A stretch of DNA of 64,000 nucleotides, taken from NCBI GenBank assembly GCA_002269645.1, contig NIVC01003438.1:33616-97615 (forward strand), written 5' to 3'. Both the position numbers and the translations under genes were made by a program. A model generated the notes under the pieces. The model was not told the DNA's origin, did not search any database, and saw nothing but the letters and a program-made list of their open reading frames with translations. The stretch comes from Macrostomum lignano (lineage: Eukaryota). Shown piece by piece: positions 1-12,417 of the stretch. Numbering within the stretch: the stretch's first letter is position 1; each line of letters opens with the position of its first letter.

Positions 1-66
1 GGGTGAGGGAGTGGACTGTATCCGTTATCAATATTTATGCTTGAGTTAACAGGTAAAACTCGCACT

Positions 67-686
67 TGAAATCTCGCCTTCGACTCTCCCTTGACATCTC
101 GCCTTAGACTCGCCTTTGGCATCTCGCCTTAGACTCGCCCTTGGTATCTTGCCTTAGACTCGCCCTTGACATCTCGCCTTAGACTCGCCCTTGGTACCTT
201 GCCTTAGAATCTCCCTTGACATCTCGCCTTAGAATCGCCCTTGACATCTCGCCTTAGACTCGCCCTTGGTATCTTGCCCTAGAAGCGCCCTTGACACCTT
301 GCCTTAGAATCGTCCTTAACATCTCGCCCTAGAATTGCCCTTGACACCTCGACTTAGAATGGCCCTTGACATCTCGCCTTAGAATCTCCCTTGACATCTC
401 GCCTTAGAATCGTCCTTGACATCTAGCCCTAGAATCGCCCTTGATACCTCGTCTTAGAATGGCCCTTGACATCTCGCCTTAGAATCGCCCTTGACATCTC
501 GCCTTATACTCGCCCTTGACATCTCGCCTTAGAATCGCCATTGACATCTCGCCTTAAACTCGCCCTTGACATATCGCCTTAGAATCGCCATTGACATCTC
601 GCCTTAGACTCGCACTTGACATCTCGCCTTAGAATCGCCATTGACATCATCCCCTTACAATGACCCTTGACATCCCGCCTTAGAAT
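67..686. repeat. 25-bp minisatellite (ttgacatctcgccttagactcgccc)
   Basis: Units recur at 91, 116, 141, 166 and onward. Confidence 0.95.
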
Positions 687-1659
687 TCGTCTATCTGAGT
701 TAATGAGTCCCGGGAGTTTCAGATTACTTGTTAGTTGTTACTTTTTCAGACTCTGTTTTTTTATGTCAGACAGGCAGTGCGCTGGGGGGGGGGGTCTCAG
801 CCCATACCCGGGTTGTAAATATTGATTAATAATAATTGTGCTTCCCTTTCTTGGCACGGCAGGATATTTAGTTATGGGGAGAAAGGGGAGCAGCTTTCCA
901 CCCAAGCTGGGCTGTTAGGGGTGCATATTTTAGCACTGTTTCCAGCTCTGCTCCCCACCCGGTCTCTCCCTCCCTCTCGGTGCAGTCCCAGTGCAAGCTA
1001 TTCAACGCCAAGGCGCCACTTCCTGATCATTATGCGAAAGATTAAGTTCCTTGGTTTATTAGAAATCCAGCAAGTCTGTAGAAGTGCTTTGAAATTGCTT
1101 TACAGAAATTTTAGATCTCTCTTCTTCTGCCTTTCTCCCTGCCTGAGGTAACTACTTGCCTACAAGCCAACTGACAACCGCCTTAGCAACCACAAGTTAG
1201 GAATTACGTAATCATAAACTCTCGAATCTGTCTTCACAATCCAAAAGCCTTTCAAAGCGCCTGTCAACAAATTTCTCATATTGATGAAACACAAAGTGTC
1301 CATGGCTTCCTGTAGCAGAATGTGAAAAGCTTGTTTTGTGTCTGTCTGCATTTCGATTGGAGGTTGGCTGTTGTCGCTGACCTCAACTGACCTCGATGTA
1401 GCAGTTGCCGCTTTTTCCATTATTGGCATTTTGTGATCGGCGCACAGATGGCAATGGTGTTGCTTTTTCTGGCCAGATGTTTGGGGGGAAGCAAAGGAAA
1501 ACTTTGTTTGGCAGGAAATCTTGAAGATTGCTGTGAGAATTTTTTTGCCTGCATTGAATTTCTTTGTGTTGCGGTGCCTTCCTTCCACCACTAAATGGCC
1601 CTAATAGAGCTCAGCAACCTTAGTACAGGTGAGGGACTTGAGTTTTTGCCTTGCTTTGC

Positions 1660-2190
1660 CTTTTCTCCAGCTCTATCTATATCTAATCTCATCTCCCTGG
1701 CTTCTCCCCCTCCCGCTCTAACTATATCTAATCTCACTTCCCTCTCTTCTCCGTCTCCCGCTCTATCTATATCTAATCTCACGTCCCTCTCTTCTCCTCT
1801 CCCACTCTATCTATATCTAATCTCACGTCCCTCTCTTCTCCTCTCCCACTCTATCTATATCTAATCTCACTTCCCTCTCTTCTCCGTCTCCCGCTCTATA
1901 TATATCTAATCTCACGTCCCTCTCTTCTCCGTCTCCCGCTCTATATATATCTAATCTCACGTCCCTCTCTTCTCCTCTCCCACTCTATCTATATCTAATC
2001 TCACGTCCCTCTCTTCTCCTCTCCCACTCTATCTATATCTAATCTCACTTCCCTCTCTTCTCCGTCTCCCGCTCTATATATATCTAATCTCACTTCCCCC
2101 TATTCTCCCTTTTCTGCTCTATCTATATCTATCTCATCCTCTTCTACCCCTCCTGCTCTATCTATATCTAATCTCACTTCCCTCTACCAC
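1660..2190. repeat. 44-bp pyrimidine-rich minisatellite
   Basis: Unit tctatctatatctaatctcacgtccctctcttctcctctcccac. Confidence 0.9.
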
Positions 2191-2885
2191 TTCAAATCCA
2201 TCTAATCCAATTAATTCAAGATACTTCAAGAACCTCCCAGGATTTTCTACTGCCAGCTAGCTGTGTGCCAACCGATATCAAACTTTTCTTTATAAGATAA
2301 TGATTTTGATGAAGCATTTCGTTCATTAGCAACAACCCATGAGCTGTCCGTCTTTGGTAGGGGCGGGGGTCATTTCAGGTAGTTTTTTCCTGCCAGACTG
2401 ATTAACCGCGCGCTCTGAAAAGATAAGCTGAATCATGCTGCACCCAAGCCTGCCCCTCGGACTGTTGCAGCCGGTTCAAATATCAGCATATCCGATATGA
2501 TCAAGTTGGAATTGCTTTTACATGTTGAATCACCCCAGCCCACCCTGAGGGAGGGGAGTATTTTCCTCGAATGTGGATGATGATGATGCTGGAGGCAGGC
2601 CGTTCCGTTTGATTGGGGGCTCGCCGCCCTCCACATCGATAAGAGTTGCTGGGCCTGATGCGCAGGTAGGTACTGTATATTGATGAGGCTTTGGCTAGCG
2701 GATTCTGCACAATTAGATTCGCTTAATCTCGCTGTTTCTTGATTAATATGCCCCGAAAAACTGCCGAACTGGGAGGGATTGCAAACTTACCTCGGAGGTT
2801 TGTAGCAGTTTTTTATTGCTTTCTGAACTGCAGCTCTGCGATGCTTTCAGAAGAAGCAGCAGAAACCCAGAAATCTTTCCCAAGC

Positions 2886-3810
2886 TTGTGACTCATGAGC
2901 TTGTGACTTATGATCTTGCGACTTTATGAGCTTGTGACTTTATGAGCTTGAGGCTTTATGAGCTTGTGACTTTATGAGCTTGTGACTTTATGAGCTTGTG
3001 ACTTATGAGCTTGTGACTTTATGAGCTTGTGACTTATGAGCTTGTGATTTATGAGCTTGTGACTTATGAGCTTGCGACTTTATGAGCTTGTGACTTTATG
3101 AGCTTGTGACTTTATGAGCTTGTGACTTTATGAGCTTGTGATTTATGAGCTTGTGATTTATGAGCTTGTGACTTATGAGCTTGTGACTTATGAGCTTGCG
3201 ACTTTATGAGCTTGTGACTTTATGAGCTTGTGACTTTATAAGCTTGTGACTTTATGAGCTTGTGGTTTTATGAGCTTGTGGTTTTATGAGCTTGACTTTA
3301 TGATCTTGTGACTATATGAGCTTGTGACTTTATGAGCTTGTGACTTTATGAGCTTGTGGTTTTATGAGCTTGTGGTTTTATGAGCTTGACTTTATGATCT
3401 TGTGACTTTATGATCTTGTGACTATATGAGCTTGTGACTTCATGAGCTTGTGACTTTATGAGCTTGTGGTTTTATGAGCTTGTGGTTTTATGAGCTTGAC
3501 TTTATGATCTTGTGACTTTATGATCTTGTGACTATATGAGCTTGTGACTTCATGAGCTTGTGACTTTATGATCTTGTGACTTTATGATCTTGTGACCATA
3601 TGATCTTGTGACTTTATGATCTTGTGACTTGATGATCTTGTGACTATATGAGCTTGTGACTTCATGAGCTTGTGACTTTATGATCTTGTGACTTTATGAT
3701 CTTGTGACCATATGATCTTGTGACTTTATGATCTTGTGACCATATGATCTTGTGACTTTATGATCTTGTGACTTGATGATCTTGTGACTATATGAGCTTG
3801 TGACTTCATA
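2886..3810. repeat. 15-16-bp minisatellite (actttatgagcttgtg)
   Basis: Direct tandem copies. Confidence 0.95.
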
Positions 3811-4359
3811 AGATTGTAATTTAATCAATATACTGAACTTTTGGCTTCATAATTTCAAAGATTCGCCAGCTTAAAACTGTACGAACCTGAAGCTTTACGC
3901 ATTTTTTATTATTCAAATAATCTTTCTCGCAGCAGCTCAACGATTATTCTTTCGTTGCAATTTCGAGCAATTTTCTTTCAGGTGCTGGTTTCTCTGCATT
4001 CAAAGCAAATTTTGTAACTGTCTACCTTCTGTGTGTCTCACGGTCCAATTCATTGTCAGTCTCGTCTTTAGAAGGCAAAAAATGTGAAGTGCGCTGTTGA
4101 CCTGCTCAAATAAATAACTTGAATAAATAAAAACCACAATTTTATCATTTGCAGGTGCAGCCCTCTTATAGCCGCCTTTTAATTAAGTTGCATATAGAAC
4201 TTATGCAACATTATTGCATAATTTTCTCTTAGATAAACTTCAGATGAATCTACAATGTTTAAATGCGTTTAATTTAACTGCAATGAATGTCTGTAGCTTT
4301 AAAAAGTTCGTGAAATATTCCATTATAAATTATTTAACTGTAGGCTATATGATCTCTGT

Positions 4360-4800
4360 TCATCTCTCTCTCTCTACCTCTCAGCCTCTCCTACGATTTC
4401 TCACTCTACTTCTCAGCTTCTCCATGATTTCTCACTCTACTTCTCAGCTTCTCCATGATTTCTCACTCTATCTCTCAACCTCTCAATGTTTTCTTAATCT
4501 ACTTCTCAGCCTATCTATGATTTCTCATTCTACCTCTCAGCCTATCTATGATTTCTCATTCTACCTCTCAGCCTATCTATGATTTCTCATTCTACCTCTC
4601 AGCCTATCTATGATTTCTTAATCTACTTCTCAGCCTATCTATGATTTCTCATTCTACCTCTCAGCCTATCTATGATTTCTCATTCTACCTCTCAGCCTAT
4701 CTATGATTTCTCATTCTACCTCTCAGCCTATCTATGATTTCTCATTCTACCTTTCAGTCAGCCTATCTATGATTTCTCACTCTACTTCTCAGCCTCTACC
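4360..4800. repeat. 31-bp minisatellite (tctcattctacctctcagcctatctatgatt)
   Basis: Direct tandem copies. Confidence 0.9.
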
Positions 4801-5744
4801 CATCTCTCGCTCAGCCTAGCATTTTATTGATATCTACGCTCATAGCTGTTTCCCGGTCGCTGATTACTTATCTGCATTTCAAACGGCATTTCTTAGTCTC
4901 CCCTGCAGCTAATCCACTGTTTAGCATTAATCCCACCAGTGCAGCCCGGAAATCCCCAATGAAAAGGAAAATCTCAGCTTTAACAATGTCTGATCCTATT
5001 TAACAGACAGTTTCTCCATCACTGTGCCTCATCTATCACATTTGGGCAACTGCCTGCCTCTGGGATTTTGCACCTCGCGCTGCCTTCCACCAAGCTTTTT
5101 TAGACTCCGATATGCGCGCTGACGTTGGTTCGCATTCTGGGGCGGGATTTTATTCCCCTAATTCCCTTGCCTTGGCCCTCTTAGCTCAGTCTGACGCCTC
5201 GCCTGCCTCTTTCCTCCTTATATTCTGCCCTGGCAGCTGACTGGGAGAGGATTCTGGGCGCCGCCATCTCTCTCTCGCATTGGTGACTTCCATGCCCTCT
5301 ATGGAGGCTGTATACTATTTTTTCCTCTTTCCCAATCTGCGATGTACTTTTGTAGAAGCCCAGTTTTCTAAGGATCCGATGGAGCGCGCTTTGTTGGTTT
5401 TTGGCTTCTGCCTTTCGAAACTTATTATATTGTGCTGCTTGCAGGATGAAGGAAGCTGGATGATGGACGGTATTTATCCATGAAGCTGGGGCTCTGCAGT
5501 CTCCAGTTACACGACTGTTCCATTTTCGGCTGCTTAAACTGGGGCATCGAGCTGATTTCTAAGAAATATTTTCAAGGCCCTTTTTAGCCTTTTTTAGTTT
5601 GAACACAGGTGACTGCTGAGGGAACATGCAGTCTCACTAAATTCTGTTCATTTAATTGGAATTTTCTCTCAACTATTTATCTCAGTAGTGAATATCTCAA
5701 ATCCCAAATGTCTACAGCCTGTATTGGAGTCTCCTATCCTTTCT

Positions 5745-6800
5745 AGGAATCACCCAATTCCATTCCAGGAATCACCCAATTCCATTCCAGGAATCACCCA
5801 ATTTCATTCCAGGAATTACCCAATTCCATTCCAGGAATTACCCAATTCCATTCCAGGAATAACCCAATTCCATTCCAAGAATCACCCAATTCCATTCCAG
5901 GAATCACCCAATTCCATTCCAGGAATCACCCAATTCCATTCCAGGAATGACCCAATTCCATTCCAGGAATCACCCAATTCCATTCCAGGAATCACCCAGT
6001 TCCATTCCAGGAATCACCCAGTTCCATTCCAGGAATCACCCAATTCCATTTCAGGAATCACCCAGTTCCATTCCAGGAATCACCCAGTTCCATTCCAGGA
6101 ATCATCCAATTCCATTCCAGGAATCACCCAGTTCCATTCCAGGAATCACCCAGTTCCATTCCAGGAATCATCCAATTCCATTCCAGGAATCACCCAGTTC
6201 CATTCCAGGAATCACCCAATTCCATTCCAGGAATCACCCAATTCCATTTCAGGAATCACCCAGTTCCATTCCAGGAATCACCCAATTCCATTCCAGGAAT
6301 CACCCAGTTCCATTTCAGGAATCACCCAGTTCCATTCCAGGAATCACACAGTTCCATTCTAGGAATCACCCAATTCCATTCCAGGAATCACCCAATTCCA
6401 TTCCAGGAATGACCCAATTCCATTCCAGGAATCACCCAGTTCCATTCCAGGAATCACCCAATTCCATTCCAGGAATCACCCAGTTCCATTCCAGGAATCA
6501 CCCAGTTCCATTCCAGGAATCACCCAATTCCATTTCAGGAATCACCCAGTTCCATTCCAGGAATCACCCAGTTCCATTCCAGGAATCATCCAATTCCATT
6601 CCAGGAATCACCCAATTCCATTTCAGGAATCACCCAGTTCCATTCCAGGAATCACCCAGTTCCATTCCAGGAATCATCCAATTCCATTCCAGGAATCATC
6701 CAGTTCCATTCCAGGAATCACCCAATTCCATTCCAGGAATGCCCGAATTCCATTCCAGGATTCCTGGAATTCCTTGAATTTCTGGAATTCCTGGAATCTT
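5745..6800. repeat. 22-bp minisatellite (ccattccaggaatcacccaatt)
   Basis: Direct tandem copies; source of the spurious ORFs 5688-6777. Confidence 0.95.
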
Positions 6801-6865
6801 ATTCTTTCTGGTAATTCCGCCTGCCCCAGATTAATACTCTCTTAATCTCCATCCCCATTGTGCAG

Positions 6866-9800
6866 AGAGCGTCACGGAAGTGTCCCAATCAGAGCCGGGC
6901 ACTTTCTACGGCCTGTTCTCCCTGCAGAACTCGCCGTCGCCCGCTGGTCACAGCGCCCTCTGTCGGTTCACCCTGGCGGAGGCGGAGGCCCTGATCGGCA
7001 GCTCAAACTTCATCCAGCTGGAGCAGTCGGGCCTGCTGTCCTACACTGCCAAGCGGCTGTCCCGAGCCGCCTATGCCGCAGCCTCCGGCCGGCCTCGGCC
7101 CACCCTGTGCGAGTGGACTCCCGAGGAGGCCAGGCAGTTGAAGCTGAGCAATCTCAAAGTTGAGCACACGGCACCGCTGATGGCCAGGCCGCTGATATCC
7201 AACAGTTTGGTCACCTTTGACGCCGCGCCGATCGGCCAAGGCGGAGTCGCTTCGCTGTGTCGGGTGGCCGAGACCGAGCAGGGAGATGTGCTGGCGGTTG
7301 GGACAGGTGCGGCTGGGTGGCATCTGCTTGTTGCTATGCGAGATCTGCTTGTTGCTATGCGAGATCTGCTTGTTGCTATGCGAGATCTGCTTGTTGCTAT
7401 GCGAGATCTGCTTGTTGCTATGCGAGATCTGCTTGTTGCTATGCGAGATCTGCTTGTTGCTATGCGAGATCTGCTTTTTTCTATGCGGGATCTGATAGTT
7501 GCTATGTCATGTGGGATCTGGTAGTTGCTATGCGGGATATGGTAGTTTGCTATGGGGGATCTGGTAGTTGCTATGCGGATCTGGTAGTTGCTATGCGGGA
7601 TCTGGTAGTTGCTATGTGGGATATGGTAGTTGCTATGTGGGATATGGTAGTTGCTATGCGAGATGTAGTAGTTGCTATGCGAGTTGTAGCAGTTGCTATG
7701 CGAGATGTAGTAGTTGCTATGCGAGATGTAGTAGTTGCTATGCGAGATGTAATAGTTGCCATGCGAGATGTAGTAGTTGCTATGCCAGATGTAGTAGTTG
7801 CTATGCGAGGTGTAGTAGTTGCTATTCGAGATGTCAGTAGTCGCTATGCCAGATGTAGTAGTTGCTATGCGAGATGCGGTAAATGCTAAACTGGATCTGG
7901 TTTTTGCTAGGCTGAGGGTCCGGTATTTCTTTGTGTAAAATGTAAGTTTCTCTGCAGAATTACTGTTTGGAACAATCGGTACAAGGCGATATTCAGTTCT
8001 GTTTAATTACACAGAATCGCTCACGTATTTTTTGCGTCTGAACTGCTACTTCAGGCAGAAAGCATTCGCTAGACAGTTTAGATCGAAAAGATCATTGCTA
8101 ACTTATTCATATCTTCTGCTACTTTTAACTCTATCAGTTATCCATATAGTTGTGCCATGCCTGAGGCGCGTGTGCAAACAAAGTATCTGTTTTTGCGTGG
8201 CTTCTTTGAAGGGAGCTTCATGCGGGGGAGTGACGACACTCGGATGGCGCAGTGGCTACAGTTGAGGCCTAAGAGATCGAATGACTGCTTGCTTGGGTCT
8301 GGCTTGCTTCTTTCTGCTTGGCTGCGTCCTTGCTTTTTGCGCACAGCTTGTCACAGTGTGCGACTGTCTGTCTCTCTGAGTGTCTCTCAGTCTCTCTGAG
8401 TGTCTCTCAGTCTCTCTGAGTGTCTCTCAGTCTCTCTGAGTCTCTCTCAGTCTCTCTGAGTCTCTCTCAGTCTCTCTGAGTGTCTCTCAGTCTCTCTGAG
8501 TGTCTCTCAGTCTCTCTGAGTCTCTCTCAGTCTCTCTGAGTGTCTCTCAGTCTCTCTGAGTGTCTCTCAGTCTCTCTGAGTGTCTCTCAGTCTCTCTGAG
8601 TGTCTCTCAGTCTCTCTGAGTCTCTCTCAGTCTCTCTGAGTCTCTCTCAGTCTCTCTGAGTGTCTCTCAGTCTCTCTCAGTCTCTCTGAGTGTCTCTCAG
8701 TCTCTCTGAGTGTCTCTCAGTCTCTCTCAGTCTCTCTGAGTGTCTCTCAGTCTCTCTGAGTCTCTCTCAGTCTCTCTGAGTCTCTCTCAGTCTCTCTGAG
8801 TGTCTCTCAGTCTCTCTGAGTCTCTCTCAGTCTCTCTGAGTGTCTCTCAGTCTCTCTGAGTGTCTCTCAGTCTCTCTGAGTCTCTCTCAGTCTCTCTGAG
8901 TCTCTCTCAGTCTCTCTGAGTGTCTCTCAGTCTCTCTCAGTCTCTCTGAGTGTCTCTCAGTCTCTCTGAGTGTCTCTCAGTCTCTCTCAGTCTCTCTGAG
9001 TGTCTCTCAGTCTCTCTGAGTGTCTCTCAGTCTCTCTCAGTCTCTCTGAGTCTCTCTCAGTCTCTCTGAGTGTCTCTCAGTCTCTCTGAGTGTCTCTCAG
9101 TCTCTCTGAGTCTCTCTCAGTCTCTCTGAGTGTCTCTCAGTCTCTCTGAGTCTCTCTCAGTCTCTCTGAGTGTCTCTCAGTCTCTCTGAGTCTCTCTCAG
9201 TCTCTCTGAGTGTCTCTCAGTCTCTCTGAGTGTCTCTCAGTCTCTCTGAGTGTCTCTCAGTCTCTCTCAGTCTCTCTGAGTGTCTCTCAGTCTCTCTGAG
9301 TGTCTCTCAGTCTCTGAGTGTTTCTCAGTCTCTCTGAGTGTCTCTCCGTCTCTCTGAGTGTCTCTTAGTCTCTCTGAGTGTCTCTCAGTCTCTCTGAGTC
9401 TCTCTCCGTCTCTGAGTGTCTCTCCGTCTTTCAAAAATGCATCGTGTTTATTTTTGTTTTGTCATAATGATTCGTCTCAAACTATTCTTCCAGATTCCGG
9501 CTCCCTCATCAAGTTTTTTGTCCCAGCAGCATCATCATCAGCATCATCAGCAGCATCATCAGCAGGTGCAGCAGCATCATCAGCAGCTGTAGCAGCGCAG
9601 GCGCACCAAATCGAAACCCTCCAGCTGTTCCCTCCGGGCAGCGGTGCCCGCATTGACAGTCTGTCCGCCCGTGCTGGTCGTCTGTTTGCCGTCTCGGACA
9701 GCGTGGGCGCCGCCGTGTGGCTGGCCGAGTCGCGCTGCAATCGGCAGGCCGGCTGTGTGGCCTGCGTGTCGCTGCGGGACCCCCGCTGCAGCTGGCGGTT

Positions 9801-11364
9801 GGACCTGCGGGAGTGCGCGTTTGCTGCGGAGCCTGAGGGGTGAGCAGCGATTGGGGCTTGGCGTTCACCGTGACTTTAGAAGGAGGCGTTCAACGTGACT
9901 TTAGAAGGAGGCGTTCACCGTGACTTTAGAAGGAGGCGTTCACTGACTTTAGGATGCGTTCACCGTGACTTTAGAATGCGTTTGTTCATTTTGACTTAAA
10001 AAGGCGTTCACCGTATCTGCAGTGATCTTAGATGCATTCACTGAGTTTTAAAGGCATTCACAGGCGGTCAAATGTGAATAATAGGCGACTATGCGAGATT
10101 TCACAGTGATGGATTACCGCTGGAATCTCATTAAAGCTTCAAAGCTCTTCACTTTCCAGTCTGACCAACGCGTCCTCCGGGCATCACAGCGGCTGCCCCA
10201 TCAGCTCAAGAGACCTGAACAGCCGTGAGTTGCATTCAGAATATGCTATTATCATTAGTACACCTGCACTTTTACCTCTCCCCAATGCTCTGCCGGCTTT
10301 TAACTGCTGCAGGCCTGCCATCGCTCGCTCCACCAACGCGGGGGGCCTCGCAGACCTCGGCGCTGCCGCCCCTCCTTGGAGCGTCTGGCGGCAGCCTGAC
10401 CGACTCTGCGTCACTCGCGGCAGCAATGAACTCCGACGGAGTCAGCGGAGTCCCAGTCGGCAAATTCGTGGCCGCCCTCATCGCCCTGTGCCTGCTCTGC
10501 TTCTCTGTCGGCTTCTTCTTGGGCTGCTTTGTCCGGCGCCGGCGCAACGTGCGGCGGGATGTCGGCAGAGGCGGCGCTGAGGGCAGCGCAGCGGAGAGGG
10601 AGAAGTGCATCGGCGAGGTTCCGGCCAACTGCCACGGTGCTGCGGCTGCTGCGGCTGCAGGTGAGACTGAAGGACTTGCTGGGTCTGAGGTTGTCCGGTT
10701 CTTTCAGGTTCAGGGCTAATGTCAGGGCCAGGGCCAGGGCCAGGGCCAGGGCTAGGGCTAGGGCTATTGTCAGGGATATTGTCAGGGCTAGGGTCAGGAC
10801 TAAAGAGTCAGGGCTAGTGTCAGAGCTAAAGCTAGGGTCAGGGCTAGGGTCAGAACTAAAGCTAGGGTCAGGACTATAGAGTCAGGGCTAGGGTCAGGAC
10901 TAGGGTCAGGGCTAGTGTCAGAGCTAGTGTCAGAGCTAAAGCTAGGGTCAGGGCTAAAGCTAGTGTCAGGGCTAAAGCTAGTGTCAGGGCTAAAGCTAGT
11001 GTCAGGGCTTTCCTCAGCAGTTGAGCGCCCGTCCTCTCACCCGCCATTTTTCCCCACCGCAGGCGACGTGCCGCTGCGGCTCCGCCGGTCCCAGCACGGA
11101 GAGCGCGGCCACCAGGCGGTGTCAAACGAGTACACGGAGCACCCGCCGCAGGCAGTGGCCTCTTACGCCACCCCGCCAGCGGTCCCAGCCGTGATGAGGA
11201 TCGTCAGCAGCCACTCGTCGGCTCTGGACAGCTATCAGAGCTGCAGCGCCGATGTGCCCGCCATCGATGATGTTGACGAGGACGAGGAAGAGAACTCCGG
11301 GATGCACACTCGGCGCGGTCAGCCGATCGGAGACCATCGAGACAATGACTGGAGACACATCTAG
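6866..11364 (+). CDS. Transmembrane semaphorin (class 1/6-like: Sema-PSI-TM-cytoplasmic tail), 5' part outside window
   Basis: Exons 6866-7306, 9494-9839, 10160-10224, 10313-10660 and 11063-11364 have AG/GT ends and compatible phases (1,2,1,1). Sema motif TFYGLFS...SALCRFTLAE; PSI motif CNRQAGCVACVSLRDPRCSW...C; TM FVAALIALCLLCFSVGFFLGCFV followed by RRRR; stop at 11364. Confidence 0.85.
7321..7875. repeat. 21-bp minisatellite in semaphorin intron (gagatgtagtagttgctatgc)
   Basis: Direct tandem copies starting just after the donor at 7307. Confidence 0.95.
8370..9430. repeat. 20-bp satellite (tctctcagtctctctgagtg)
   Basis: Direct tandem copies. Confidence 0.95.
9861..9980. repeat. 25-bp short tandem repeat (gcgttcaccgtgactttagaaggag)
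   Basis: About 5 decaying copies. Confidence 0.85.
10705..11010. repeat. Telomere-like hexamer array (tcaggg/ctaggg/ccaggg) in semaphorin intron
   Basis: 6-bp period of xxAGGG variants. Confidence 0.9.
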
Positions 11365-12084
11365 ATGGCGCGCTTTTCTTGGTCACTGTTGGCCAACTGG
11401 TGCATAAGAAGCGAATCCCCAATCCCCAATCTACTGTCTGCTTTGCTAATTTTATCGCTCACGAGTTGCTTCTTGCCTTGCAATCAAAATTAATATTTCA
11501 AAGCCTTGGAGAATTTTTTACTGCAGCTGTCCTGCAACAGCTGATCTGCTTTTAGCTGATGAGCTACTCATAGTAGGTCAAAAACAATATTGACGAATAG
11601 ACAGATTTTTAATCATTTTTTCCGTGCTAATCATACTACTTGCTTACGTTGCTGCTAGATACTAGTATATCAGATTTTTTTCTGTGCAATCCGATTCTTG
11701 ACTGAAATTTGTTAATTAAACCTTATTTTTTAAACGCGATTCTCCGTTAAACTTTTTTATGTTTAAAAAGCACAATCAAAAGTTTAGGACCAAATTGTTT
11801 AATTTAGCATAAACTGTTTATCGGTCAATATTTTTTTAATATTTTTTCTTATAAATGTATTTTTATATAATGTGAGTATTCACCATATCTACTACTGGTA
11901 GTTAAGGTTTAAATAGTAGCAAGTATTTCTAATAATGAATAAATTGCCAGCTTGTGATTCTGGGCTTTTTCTCTATTAAAGAGATCAGAAGAGAGAAAAT
12001 ATTATAATTCTTATATATTATACTTTTCACTATTTTCACCTGACTCGCTATCGGGCTGAAGGGAAGAAGAACATTCATATTCAG

Positions 12085-12417
12085 GTGTCGAAAAACAGTG
12101 TCTTCAATGCTGACAGAGCTCGGTCAGTGCTCACCACTCATAAAAAGCTGCAGCGCAATAACGAGCCACCAGATGCTCAGAAGTGGATGTCCAGGCTGTG
12201 GCCTGCGTTGGACTTCTGCGGGGCTGTGAAGCTGGTTTCGGTCATAGACTATCGGACCAGCGACCTGGCTTACAAGGCCAGTCCAGGCTCTCTGGCCATC
12301 GATGTGGGCTATCACGTCTACACGAGCTACGGAGTCATGGGGCAGTCATTCAGGATTGACAAGAGGCGGACTTGGCGTATTGAAAAGCCTGTTCAGCACA
12401 TTCTTTTGTTTGGGTAG
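12085..12417 (+). CDS. Orphan coding-like terminal exon, product unidentified
   Basis: 110-codon GC-rich open frame in AT-rich surroundings, preceded by tcatattcag acceptor (phase 0). No recognisable motif and no upstream partner exon found. Confidence 0.3.
   Translation: MSKNSVFNADRARSVLTTHKKLQRNNEPPDAQKWMSRLWPALDFCGAVKLVSVIDYRTSDLAYKASPGSLAIDVGYHVYTSYGVMGQSFRIDKRRTWRIEKPVQHILLFG

Noticed and set aside
800-2720. Possible retroelement coding fragments (also 5280-5600, 16560-16900, 33650-34100, 62900-63990)
   Set aside because: No diagnostic motif could be identified with confidence and the frames are broken.
5688-6777. Long repetitive ORFs (also 23557-24436, 40420-40720, 42907-43445, 43506-44359, 55720-56775, 59467-60377)
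   Set aside because: They are translations of tandem repeats lacking stops, often open in several frames and on both strands; several lie in introns.
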